Source of the DNA: Bacteroidia bacterium | Lineage (GTDB): Bacteria > Bacteroidota > Bacteroidia > Bacteroidales > VadinHA17 | Length of the DNA: 35,688 bases | Assembly: GCA_026391215.1 (NCBI GenBank) | Contig: JAPLDX010000042.1 | Location: 1-35,688 of the forward strand | Direction: 5' to 3' | Shown: positions 8,450 through 16,669 of the stretch, piece after piece | Numbering within the stretch: position 1 is the stretch's first letter | Layout: every line of letters starts with the position of its first letter | Translations under genes and position numbers: made by a program | Notes under the pieces: generated by a model | Seen by the model: the letters and a program-made list of their open reading frames with translations, nothing else | The model's database searches: none | Told to the model about the DNA's origin: nothing

Positions 8450-9232
8450 ATGGGAAGGATAATAGCGATAGCGAATCAGAAGGGCGGGGTGGGAAAGACG
8501 ACGACTGCAATAAACCTTGCTGCAAGTCTTGCTGTTCTTGAAAAAAAGGTGTTGATTGTTGATGCTGATCCACAGTCCAATGCTACCTCCGGAATAGGAA
8601 TTGATACTCGTCAGATACGAAGCACAATTTACGATTGCCTCATTGACGGGAAAGAGCCCGGGGAGACAATAATGGGATGTGAGGTGGAGAATCTTTCACT
8701 GATACCTTCAAATATAGACCTGGTAGGCGCTGAAATTGAGATGCTCGACAGACCAGGAAGAGAAAAGATCCTGAAGGATGTCCTCGAAAAGATAAAGAAC
8801 AATTACGATTATATCCTTATCGATTGCTCACCTTCACTTGGACTCCTTACTGTAAATGCCCTGACAGCTTCAAATTCAGTTATAATACCGGTCCAGTGCG
8901 AATATTTTGCACTTGAAGGTCTTGGTAAATTGCTGAACACCATTAAGATCATACAGAATAATCTGAACACTGAGCTTGAGATCGAAGGTTTTCTTCTCAC
9001 GATGTACGACTCCAGGCTCAGGTTATCAAACCAGGTGGCTGAAGAAGTAAACAAGCACTTCCAGCAGATGGTATTTAAAACAATTATCCAGAGGAATGTA
9101 AAGCTGTCGGAAGCACCAAGCTTTGGTCAGCCGGCAATATTATATGATGCTGATTCACGGGGAACGGTAAACTATCTTAATCTCGCCAAGGAGCTGATAG
9201 AAAAACAGGAAGCCAGAGCGAAAACAGCATAG
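8450..9232 (+). CDS. parA: Chromosome partitioning ATPase ParA/Soj
   Basis: NQKGGVGKTTT deviant Walker A, DADPQSN, IDCSPSLG, PVQCEYFALEG, RNVKLSEAPSFG. ATG at 8450. Confidence 0.97.
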   Translation: MGRIIAIANQKGGVGKTTTAINLAASLAVLEKKVLIVDADPQSNATSGIGIDTRQIRSTIYDCLIDGKEPGETIMGCEVENLSLIPSNIDLVGAEIEMLDRPGREKILKDVLEKIKNNYDYILIDCSPSLGLLTVNALTASNSVIIPVQCEYFALEGLGKLLNTIKIIQNNLNTELEIEGFLLTMYDSRLRLSNQVAEEVNKHFQQMVFKTIIQRNVKLSEAPSFGQPAILYDADSRGTVNYLNLAKELIEKQEARAKTA

Positions 9233-9246
9233 ATAAAGCAAAGATC

Positions 9247-10128
9247 ATGACAAAGAAAAATGCATTGGGACGCGGCCTCGGCGCATTGATTGACGGTGTT
9301 GAAAAGGAGGTTCTTGAGAAAAAAGTTGAGGTTAATCAGGATATTTCAATTGATGCAATCGACAGCAACCCGTTTCAGCCAAGGACCAGTTTTGATGAAC
9401 AGGCTCTCGATGAACTTGCTGCATCAATTAAGAAGCTTGGAATTGTACAGCCGCTGACTGTAAGGGAAACAGGTACCGGCAGGTACCAGCTTATTGCAGG
9501 TGAGAGACGGCTCAGGGCAGCCAGAAAAGCCGGACTGACTCATGTGCCGGCCTATATAAGGACCGCCGATGACCAGGCAATGCTTGAACTGGCGCTTGTA
9601 GAGAATATCCAGCGCGAGGATCTCGATGCCGTTGAAGTAGCCATCAGTTTTCAAAGGCTTATAGAAGAGTGCAAGCTTACACAGGAAGAGCTGAGCGAAA
9701 GAGTAGGGAAACAGAGATCTACAGTTACCAATTATCTCAGGCTCCTTAAATTACCTGCCGAAATACAGCTGGGAATTAAAAATAAGCAGCTCATGATGGG
9801 TCATGCCCGGACCCTGATAAGCATTGAAGATCCTAAAAAGCAGATCAATATATATTATAAAATAGTTGACGGAGAACTATCAGTACGACAGGCTGAAGAG
9901 CTCGTACGACTGCTTCAGACAGAGAAGCTTAAAGATCCTGCAAAGCTTGAAAGAAAACAAAAGCTAAATAAGGATTTTTCGCGGCTCTCCGAGCATCTGA
10001 CGAATATCTTTGCTGCTAAAGTGAACTTCAGGATAAACGAACAGGGTAAGGGGAAAATCGTTATTCCATTTGAGAATCCTGAAGAGATGGAACGCATTTT
10101 AGGGGTGTTTGATCGTCTGAACTCCTGA
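9247..10128 (+). CDS. parB: Chromosome partitioning protein ParB/Spo0J
   Basis: LGRGLGALI N-terminus, NPFQPR, IAGERRLRA, ENIQREDL and an HTH region. Confidence 0.97.
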   Translation: MTKKNALGRGLGALIDGVEKEVLEKKVEVNQDISIDAIDSNPFQPRTSFDEQALDELAASIKKLGIVQPLTVRETGTGRYQLIAGERRLRAARKAGLTHVPAYIRTADDQAMLELALVENIQREDLDAVEVAISFQRLIEECKLTQEELSERVGKQRSTVTNYLRLLKLPAEIQLGIKNKQLMMGHARTLISIEDPKKQINIYYKIVDGELSVRQAEELVRLLQTEKLKDPAKLERKQKLNKDFSRLSEHLTNIFAAKVNFRINEQGKGKIVIPFENPEEMERILGVFDRLNS

Positions 10129-10135
10129 AAATAAT

Positions 10136-10143
10136 TATCTTTG
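10136..10143 (+). promoter_or_regulatory. Bacteroidota -7 box (TAnnTTTG)
   Basis: TATCTTTG between parB and the DUF5683 gene. Confidence 0.5.
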
Positions 10144-10190
10144 TCGCGCCGTTATATCAAGGCCGGAATATATCCCGGTTTATACTTATT

Positions 10191-10808
10191 TTGAAGGCGT
10201 ATCATAAAATAACAATTATTCTTATTGTACTGTTGATTTGTTTCCAGCAAAACAACACTGCCCAGGACTCTTTATCTGTAAAAAAACAGGTAAAACGTGA
10301 ATTTAAGGCAGAACCCCAGAGAGCGACAATGCTTGCATTGACTTTCCCGGGACTCGGACAAGTGTATAACAGGAAATACTGGAAGGTACCTTTTGTATAT
10401 GCAGGCTTTGGAGGACTCGCGTATGCAATTACCTACAATTCTTCGAACTACACACAATTTATGAAAGCATACCAGGATTTTATAGACGACATACCTGAAA
10501 CAGATTCCTACAAGGAGCTCCTCTCTTTTGCCAATCCGGAAGATTATGATCGTGAACTTCATCCTAACATATATGCACAATACAAGGAGCAGATGCTTCG
10601 TGGGATTGATGGTTATAAGAAATACCGTGATCTTTCGTATATTGGCATTGCAGTGTGGTACCTTGTGACTGTGCTGGATGCAAATGTTGATGCCAGTCTA
10701 TTTAATTATGATATAAGCAATAATCTGGATCTTGAAGTCACACCGGTAAAGTTGCCGTTGTCAGGTGCAGGTGTTGGACTGAATGTTAGTATGATAGTGA
10801 CTTTTTAA
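10191..10808 (+). CDS. DUF5683 family exported/membrane protein
   Basis: PGLGQVYNRKYWKVPFVY and LDANVDASLF motifs; usual position after parB in Bacteroidota; TTG start with signal peptide. Confidence 0.85.
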   Translation: MKAYHKITIILIVLLICFQQNNTAQDSLSVKKQVKREFKAEPQRATMLALTFPGLGQVYNRKYWKVPFVYAGFGGLAYAITYNSSNYTQFMKAYQDFIDDIPETDSYKELLSFANPEDYDRELHPNIYAQYKEQMLRGIDGYKKYRDLSYIGIAVWYLVTVLDANVDASLFNYDISNNLDLEVTPVKLPLSGAGVGLNVSMIVTF

Positions 10809-10815
10809 AAAATGA

Positions 10816-12366
10816 ATGATGAGAATTAAAGTTTTACCGTTAATCTTCTTTCTGCTTATTATTTGTAACAGGGCATTTCCGGCTTCCGATACAATAATTA
10901 TTAAATCGGGTATAAACGCTGAAAAGATATCTGCCGACCTCGACAGCCTGGTAAACACCTGGTATGTCAGGATGGCTCTGCTGAACAATCCGGAATCTTT
11001 TTCTGATGATACTGCCGGAGTTCAATACCCTGATTCAGTGTATGAAAACAGGCTGAGCAGAATAAATTCGATCATACAGCTCAAGTATAACAGCATAATC
11101 AGGAACCATATCCATGTCTATACCGTCAGGCAAAGAGATAAGTTCAGTGCTGTTCTTGGATTAAAGGATTATTATTTCCCGATGATCGAGGATATATTTG
11201 ATTCATACGGATTGCCGGCAGAGCTGAAATATATGGCAGTGATAGAATCAGCCCTGAATCCAAATGCGGTCTCCCGAGCTGGTGCAACGGGATTATGGCA
11301 GTTTATGTACAGTACGGGACGGTTTTACGGCCTCACTATTAATTCAGTGGTTGACGAGCGCAGGGATCCTATAAAATCGACTCATGCAGCAGCAAAATAT
11401 ATCAAGGACCTGTACAATATTTACGATGACTGGATACTTGTGATCGCAGCTTACAATTGCGGCCCGGGTAATGTTAATAAAGCAATCCGCAGATCAGGAA
11501 ACAAAAAAGACTACTGGGAGATATTCTACCGGCTTCCCAGGGAAACTAGAGGCTATATCCCTCAGTATGTCGCAGCAGCGTATGCAATTAATTACTATGC
11601 GGAGCATAATATAAGGCCTTTGCCATTGAATATTCCTGTTGCAACCGATACAATAATGATAAATAAGGATATTCATCTTGCACAGATATCGGAAGTGATG
11701 AAAATTCCTTATGGAGAGCTTCGTGCACTCAATCCTCAGTACAGGACAGGCCTTATCCCCGGCTCTTCAAAACCGCTATCACTGACATTGCCAATGAACC
11801 ATCTTGGCGATTTTATTGATCTGAATGATACCATCCGGAGTTATAGATCAGATTTTTATCTTAATAGTGCGACCAGAATTGCAGATCCTTCCAGATCAAC
11901 ATACCTGCCGGCAGATATCAAGGGAAAAACCAGGCTTTTCTATACCGTTCAGGAGGGTGATAACCTTGGATATATTTCAGAGTGGTACCATGTCGGATTA
12001 TCAGAATTGAGATACTGGAACAATATTTACAGGAATACAATTCGTATAGGGCAGAAGCTGGTGATATATGTCGACCCCTCCAGATCTGAATACTATTCGA
12101 AAATCAATTCAATGTCATTCACAGAGAAGCAGCAAATGAATGGGAAAACGGTCCCTGTCAATACATCAACCACTACTGCGAAATCAATATCCACACAGTC
12201 TGATGGTGAATATATTACCTATACGGTGCGATCAGGTGATACCATTTGGGATATTGTTAAACTCTTTGAAAATGTGACCACAACCGATGTACTTTCTCTG
12301 AATAATATCTCCAATCCTGATAAAATTCAGGTAGGACAGGTACTTAAAATTAAGAAGAAGAGCTGA
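10816..12366 (+). CDS. mltD: MltD-like lytic murein transglycosylase with C-terminal LysM domains
   Basis: SLT motifs IESALNP.AVSRAGATGLWQFM, AAYNCGPG and LPRETRGY. LysM repeats YTVQEGDNL and YTVRSGDTIW. Confidence 0.92.
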   Translation: MMRIKVLPLIFFLLIICNRAFPASDTIIIKSGINAEKISADLDSLVNTWYVRMALLNNPESFSDDTAGVQYPDSVYENRLSRINSIIQLKYNSIIRNHIHVYTVRQRDKFSAVLGLKDYYFPMIEDIFDSYGLPAELKYMAVIESALNPNAVSRAGATGLWQFMYSTGRFYGLTINSVVDERRDPIKSTHAAAKYIKDLYNIYDDWILVIAAYNCGPGNVNKAIRRSGNKKDYWEIFYRLPRETRGYIPQYVAAAYAINYYAEHNIRPLPLNIPVATDTIMINKDIHLAQISEVMKIPYGELRALNPQYRTGLIPGSSKPLSLTLPMNHLGDFIDLNDTIRSYRSDFYLNSATRIADPSRSTYLPADIKGKTRLFYTVQEGDNLGYISEWYHVGLSELRYWNNIYRNTIRIGQKLVIYVDPSRSEYYSKINSMSFTEKQQMNGKTVPVNTSTTTAKSISTQSDGEYITYTVRSGDTIWDIVKLFENVTTTDVLSLNNISNPDKIQVGQVLKIKKKS

Positions 12367-12380
12367 TACCTGAGTAAAAT

Positions 12381-15317
12381 ATGCGCCCTTTCAGGTCGTT
12401 CTTATTACTTTTTATCATCATGGCCTGTCTTACAGGCCTCTTTTATCTTTTCCCTGCCAGCAAACTATTTCCATCAGTTAGTGAGTTTATTCCGGAATCT
12501 TTGACCAAAGAGCTTTCCGGCACTGATGAATTGCATCATGATATTGGTTTTTCCCGGGAAGATGCAGATAGTACATCAAATATATTCGCAGACTCCATAT
12601 TGACAGAACCGCCTGATCCGCTGGCCCCATTCCTTGATTCATTAAGGGAAGGGAAAGGGCAGTTGCGGATAATGTATTATGGTGATTCACAGATAGAGGG
12701 CGACAGGGTGACTTTTTATCTCCGCCAGTTGCTGAGAGATGGCAGGGGAGGCACAGGGCCGGGATTATTCCTCCCGTCAATGCCGGTTATGTACACCAAA
12801 TCCATTTGGCTCAAATCATCCGCAAACTGGGAAAGATATAATTCCATTTCATACAGGGAGGGCGGGCTGACTCACAACCGGCTGGGACCCTTCATGACTA
12901 TCTGCAGATACTTGCCGGAAGGCGAAATTTCCACTGATCCGGTAAGAGCATCCATCAGGATACGCCCTTCTGCTTTTGCAGACAGCGCCGTTGCTGAATT
13001 TGAAATGCTCAGATTATTTTATTCCCATGCACAGGGGGAAATCAAAGTTGTTATTAAAACAGCTGGTAATCAAATATTTACCGGGTTACTGGTAAATGGA
13101 ACAGACGTGAATGAGATCAGTACCAGCCTTGGCGGGGCCAATGATATAGTAGTCGAATTTGAAGGGAGAAGCAGTCCTGATATTCTGGGCATCAGCATTG
13201 AAAGCAAAGCAGGGGTGATCATTGACAACATACCCAGGAGAGGGAGCGCCGGTCTGGAATTTACACTGATCGACAGGAAAAATCTTGAGGAGTCCTTCAG
13301 GATGCTTTCGCCCGATCTTATTGTTCTTCATTATGGTTTGAATATAGTAAAGAATGTAAGGAAAGATTATTCATATTACAGGCAGGGCCTGTACAGGCAG
13401 CTTACTCTGCTTAAGGAGGTTGCTCCGGGAACGCCGCTTTTAGTAATAGGTGTCACCGATATGGCATCTATTGAGGATGACAGCATAAAATCATATGGGA
13501 ATATCCCGGCCATAATTGAAGCACAGAAGAAGGCATCTTATGATGCTGGAGCTGCCTTCTGGGATCCTTATGAAGCAATGGGCGGCAGCTCTTCAATAAT
13601 CAAATGGGTTGAAAAGAAGCCGCCCCTTGCCCAGACAGATTATGTACACTTCACATATCCCGGCGCCGATACTCTTTCGATGATGCTCGCCCAGGCAGTG
13701 TTTATGGAGAGAACGGCAGCGCAACTAATTGATACACTAGTTGTTACAGAAGAATCCCGTGTTATAGAACCTGTTGAACCAGTGAAAGAAACTGGTTTTG
13801 CCCAAACAGTCATAAGACAGATTTTCAGTTATGATGAGAATAAACCATTTATTTTCACAGCTCCTGCATTCTGGCTTTTCTTTCTTTTTGTTTTGCTGGG
13901 ATACAGCCTGCTCCATAGGAAGCTTTCCCTGAGGCATTTCTATCTTCTGCTTGTAAGTCTTTTCTTTTACTATAAATCGGGAGGATTGTTTCTTTTTCTA
14001 CTCCTGTTTGTCACCATAATTGATTACACCTGCGGATTGCTGATATACAGGTCCGGCAAAAAGCCAATGAAACGGCTTTTTATATTGATAAGCATTTTAT
14101 CAAATCTCGGGATCCTTGCCTATTTTAAATATACAGGCTTCCTTGTCGATTCATTAAACCAGGTTCTGGGGACAAGCTTTCAGGTTCACGATTTCCTCGC
14201 ATCATTTTCAAACACCCACCTGGGTACTTCTTTTGATGTAACCAGCATTATCCTTCCTGTAGGAATATCCTTTTTTACTTTTCAGTCGCTCAGCTATACA
14301 ATTGATGTGTACAGGGGGAAGCTCGAACCTGTAAGGAGCATAATTGATTTTGGATTTTATGTTTCGTTTTTTCCCCAGCTTGTAGCAGGCCCTATTGTAA
14401 GGGCTTCTGAATTCATACCACAGCTGTACAAGGAATTCAGCCTTTCGAAAAGGGAATTCAGCCATGCATTATTCCTGATTTCAAAAGGACTTATCAAAAA
14501 AATAATTATTTCCGATTTCATTGCGGTAAATTTTATTGACCGTGTTTTTGACCTTCCTTCGCTTTATTCCGGTTTTGAGAACCTGATGGCAATATATGGT
14601 TATGGCCTTCAGATATATTGTGATTTTTCAGGTTACACCGACATTGCCATAGGATTGGCGCTGATACTTGGCTTCAGGCTTCCTGTCAACTTCAACTCGC
14701 CATATAAAGCAGCCGGTATAAGTGATTTCTGGAAACGGTGGCACATATCATTATCAAGATGGTTAAAAGATTACTTATATATTCCGTTGGGAGGTAACAG
14801 GAAAGGAAAATTCAGAACAGGGTTAAACCTTATGATAACCATGCTGCTTGGAGGATTATGGCATGGGGCTTCTCTGCGGTTTGTTATCTGGGGAGGTCTT
14901 CATGGCATAGGGTTGGTAATTAACAGGATATGGGACTCAATTTTTGGAAGCCGCATTAAACAGGGTCGTTTTGGGAGAGCTGTCGTGGTTTTCTTAACCT
15001 TTAATTTCGTAAGCTTTTGCTGGATATTTTTCAGGGCACCAGACATGAACAGTGTCATGCTTATGATCACTCAGATATTAGAGAATTTCTCCCCCGGATC
15101 ATACATGACTGTTATACCGGCATATACGAGTGTTTTTCTTCTGATTATTGTTGGCTACATAATACATTTTCTGCCGGAGAGAGTCAAGGAATCCTACAGA
15201 GGGCTTTTCATAAAGATGCCTCTGGCAGCCCAAATCGCTGTAATTTTGTTTGTTGCTGTATTATTGTTCCGGATGAGAACGACAGATATAATGCCGTTTA
15301 TATATTTCAGGTTTTAA
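12381..15317 (+). CDS. Fused SGNH/GDSL-family acyltransferase + MBOAT (AlgI/DltB/PatA-type) O-acyltransferase with C-terminal FxYxxF motif
   Basis: One continuous 978-aa ORF. N-terminal TM anchor; SGNH blocks GDS (S103), HYGLN and DYVH (D420/H423). MBOAT motifs LPVGISFFTFQ, FFPQLVAGPI, YCDFSGYTD, FWKRWHISLS.WL.DYLYIPLGGNR and GLWHGA (H828). Ends in PFIYFRF. Confidence 0.9.
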   Translation: MRPFRSFLLLFIIMACLTGLFYLFPASKLFPSVSEFIPESLTKELSGTDELHHDIGFSREDADSTSNIFADSILTEPPDPLAPFLDSLREGKGQLRIMYYGDSQIEGDRVTFYLRQLLRDGRGGTGPGLFLPSMPVMYTKSIWLKSSANWERYNSISYREGGLTHNRLGPFMTICRYLPEGEISTDPVRASIRIRPSAFADSAVAEFEMLRLFYSHAQGEIKVVIKTAGNQIFTGLLVNGTDVNEISTSLGGANDIVVEFEGRSSPDILGISIESKAGVIIDNIPRRGSAGLEFTLIDRKNLEESFRMLSPDLIVLHYGLNIVKNVRKDYSYYRQGLYRQLTLLKEVAPGTPLLVIGVTDMASIEDDSIKSYGNIPAIIEAQKKASYDAGAAFWDPYEAMGGSSSIIKWVEKKPPLAQTDYVHFTYPGADTLSMMLAQAVFMERTAAQLIDTLVVTEESRVIEPVEPVKETGFAQTVIRQIFSYDENKPFIFTAPAFWLFFLFVLLGYSLLHRKLSLRHFYLLLVSLFFYYKSGGLFLFLLLFVTIIDYTCGLLIYRSGKKPMKRLFILISILSNLGILAYFKYTGFLVDSLNQVLGTSFQVHDFLASFSNTHLGTSFDVTSIILPVGISFFTFQSLSYTIDVYRGKLEPVRSIIDFGFYVSFFPQLVAGPIVRASEFIPQLYKEFSLSKREFSHALFLISKGLIKKIIISDFIAVNFIDRVFDLPSLYSGFENLMAIYGYGLQIYCDFSGYTDIAIGLALILGFRLPVNFNSPYKAAGISDFWKRWHISLSRWLKDYLYIPLGGNRKGKFRTGLNLMITMLLGGLWHGASLRFVIWGGLHGIGLVINRIWDSIFGSRIKQGRFGRAVVVFLTFNFVSFCWIFFRAPDMNSVMLMITQILENFSPGSYMTVIPAYTSVFLLIIVGYIIHFLPERVKESYRGLFIKMPLAAQIAVILFVAVLLFRMRTTDIMPFIYFRF

Positions 15318-15321
15318 AAGC

Positions 15322-15352
15322 GGCGTCAGGCGACTGGCACGCGGCGACCGGC
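15322..15352 (+). repeat. Degenerate 7-bp tandem repeat (GGCnnnn x4)
   Basis: GGCGTCA GGCGACT GGCACGC GGCGACC GGC, immediately after the stop codon. Confidence 0.55.
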
Positions 15353-15363
15353 TTTAAGAATAT

Positions 15364-15467
15364 AATCCGCGGAGCGGATTCATAAATGTTTGTAACAGAT
15401 TTAGCAAATAACATTAGAACACCGGAGGTGTTCCATAATTTCATATGATGGAACCGCTCCGCAGTTC
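15364..15467. repeat. Cluster of three 17-bp GGA-triloop hairpins (REP/BIME-like)
   Basis: AATCCGC-GGA-GCGGATT (15364-15380), GAACACC-GGA-GGTGTTC (15417-15433) and, on the minus strand, GAACTGC-GGA-GCGGTTC (15467-15451). Each is followed by CAT. Confidence 0.7.
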
Positions 15468-16668
15468 ATTTGATAAATGGTGCTATCGCCCTCTTATATA
15501 TTCCATGCATCCATGCAATTGCCATACCGTAATTAGTTATTGACACACCTGCTTTGACTGCCAGCTGAAGCCTATTATGAAGCTGTTTTCTGGTTATCAT
15601 GCAGCCGCCGCACTGGATCAGCAGCGCATAATCGGTAATTGGCCGCGGAACGGTATCCAGTCCGGCTACGACATCAAATTCTATCTTTTTTCCGGTAAAA
15701 CCTGTTATCCATCGTGGAATTTTTTCCCTTCCTATATCATCGCAGGCAATATGATGTGTACATGATTCCAGGATAAGCACCCTGTCTCCGTCTTTAAGCT
15801 CTGAGATCTTCGGGGTGCCTTTCAGGTAATTGTCAAAATCGCCCTTGAACCTTGCAAGCATAATGCTGAAGCTGGTGAGAGGAATTTCAGGAGGTATTGA
15901 AGCGTTGGCTTTGGCAAATACCTGTGAGTCGGTTATTGCAAGGGCCGGCTTAATACCAGTCTTTCTCAGGAAGGAATCAACTTCGTTTTCTTTCAGGACT
16001 ACAGCAACAGCATCATTGTCAAGTATATCTCGAATAGCCTGCACCTGCGGGAGGATCATTCTTCCGGCAGGGGCCTCGGTATCAATTGGTGTAATCAGGA
16101 CGACAATATCCCCATGGCTGATAATATCTCCAAGCAGGGCAGGGACTTTGTATGATTGTTCAGGGATAGTATTTTTTATCAGATTTATCAGCTCCTCATA
16201 ATTACGTTTGTCAACAGCTGAAAATTCAAAAAGCACTTTTCCACTCTTCTTCTTTACTTCTTCCTTAAACTGTGCTGAAGGTTGGAGAACATCCGATTTA
16301 TTGTGGATTACAATGAATGGAATATCCTGTTCATGAAATCTGATGATGAAGTCATCTTCATATTTACCCCATGTATTATCAGCAACAACCAGCAGTGCAA
16401 GGTCAATGGTATCCAGGGTTCTGATTGTTCTTTCGACTCTCTTTTTACCGAGATCTCCGTTGTCGTCAATACCCCCTGTATCTACAAGAATTACCGGACC
16501 AAAATCTGTGATCTCAAATGATTTCTTTACCGGATCAGTTGTTGTCCCGGCATGATCAGATACAATTGCTATATCCTGTCCTGCAAGGCAGTTGATCAGG
16601 CTGCTTTTACCATTATTGCGGCGGCCGTAAATGCCTATATGAGGTTTGGAGTCTTTTCCTTTTGACAT
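15466..16668 (-). CDS. hydF: [FeFe]-hydrogenase H-cluster maturation GTPase HydF
   Basis: GRRNNGKSS P-loop, GTTTDPV, DTGG, NKSD, AP.GR.ILPQVQ.IRD.LD, ESCTHH and QCGGCM. ATG at 16666-16668. Confidence 0.95.
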   Translation of the reverse strand: MSKGKDSKPHIGIYGRRNNGKSSLINCLAGQDIAIVSDHAGTTTDPVKKSFEITDFGPVILVDTGGIDDNGDLGKKRVERTIRTLDTIDLALLVVADNTWGKYEDDFIIRFHEQDIPFIVIHNKSDVLQPSAQFKEEVKKKSGKVLFEFSAVDKRNYEELINLIKNTIPEQSYKVPALLGDIISHGDIVVLITPIDTEAPAGRMILPQVQAIRDILDNDAVAVVLKENEVDSFLRKTGIKPALAITDSQVFAKANASIPPEIPLTSFSIMLARFKGDFDNYLKGTPKISELKDGDRVLILESCTHHIACDDIGREKIPRWITGFTGKKIEFDVVAGLDTVPRPITDYALLIQCGGCMITRKQLHNRLQLAVKAGVSITNYGMAIAWMHGIYKRAIAPFIK

Positions 16669-16669
16669 A

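Noticed and set aside
8271-10190. parS site or plasmid/oriC signature at parAB
   Set aside because: I saw no TGTTTCACGTGAAACA-like palindrome, no rep gene and no dnaA; the context is a normal chromosomal one.
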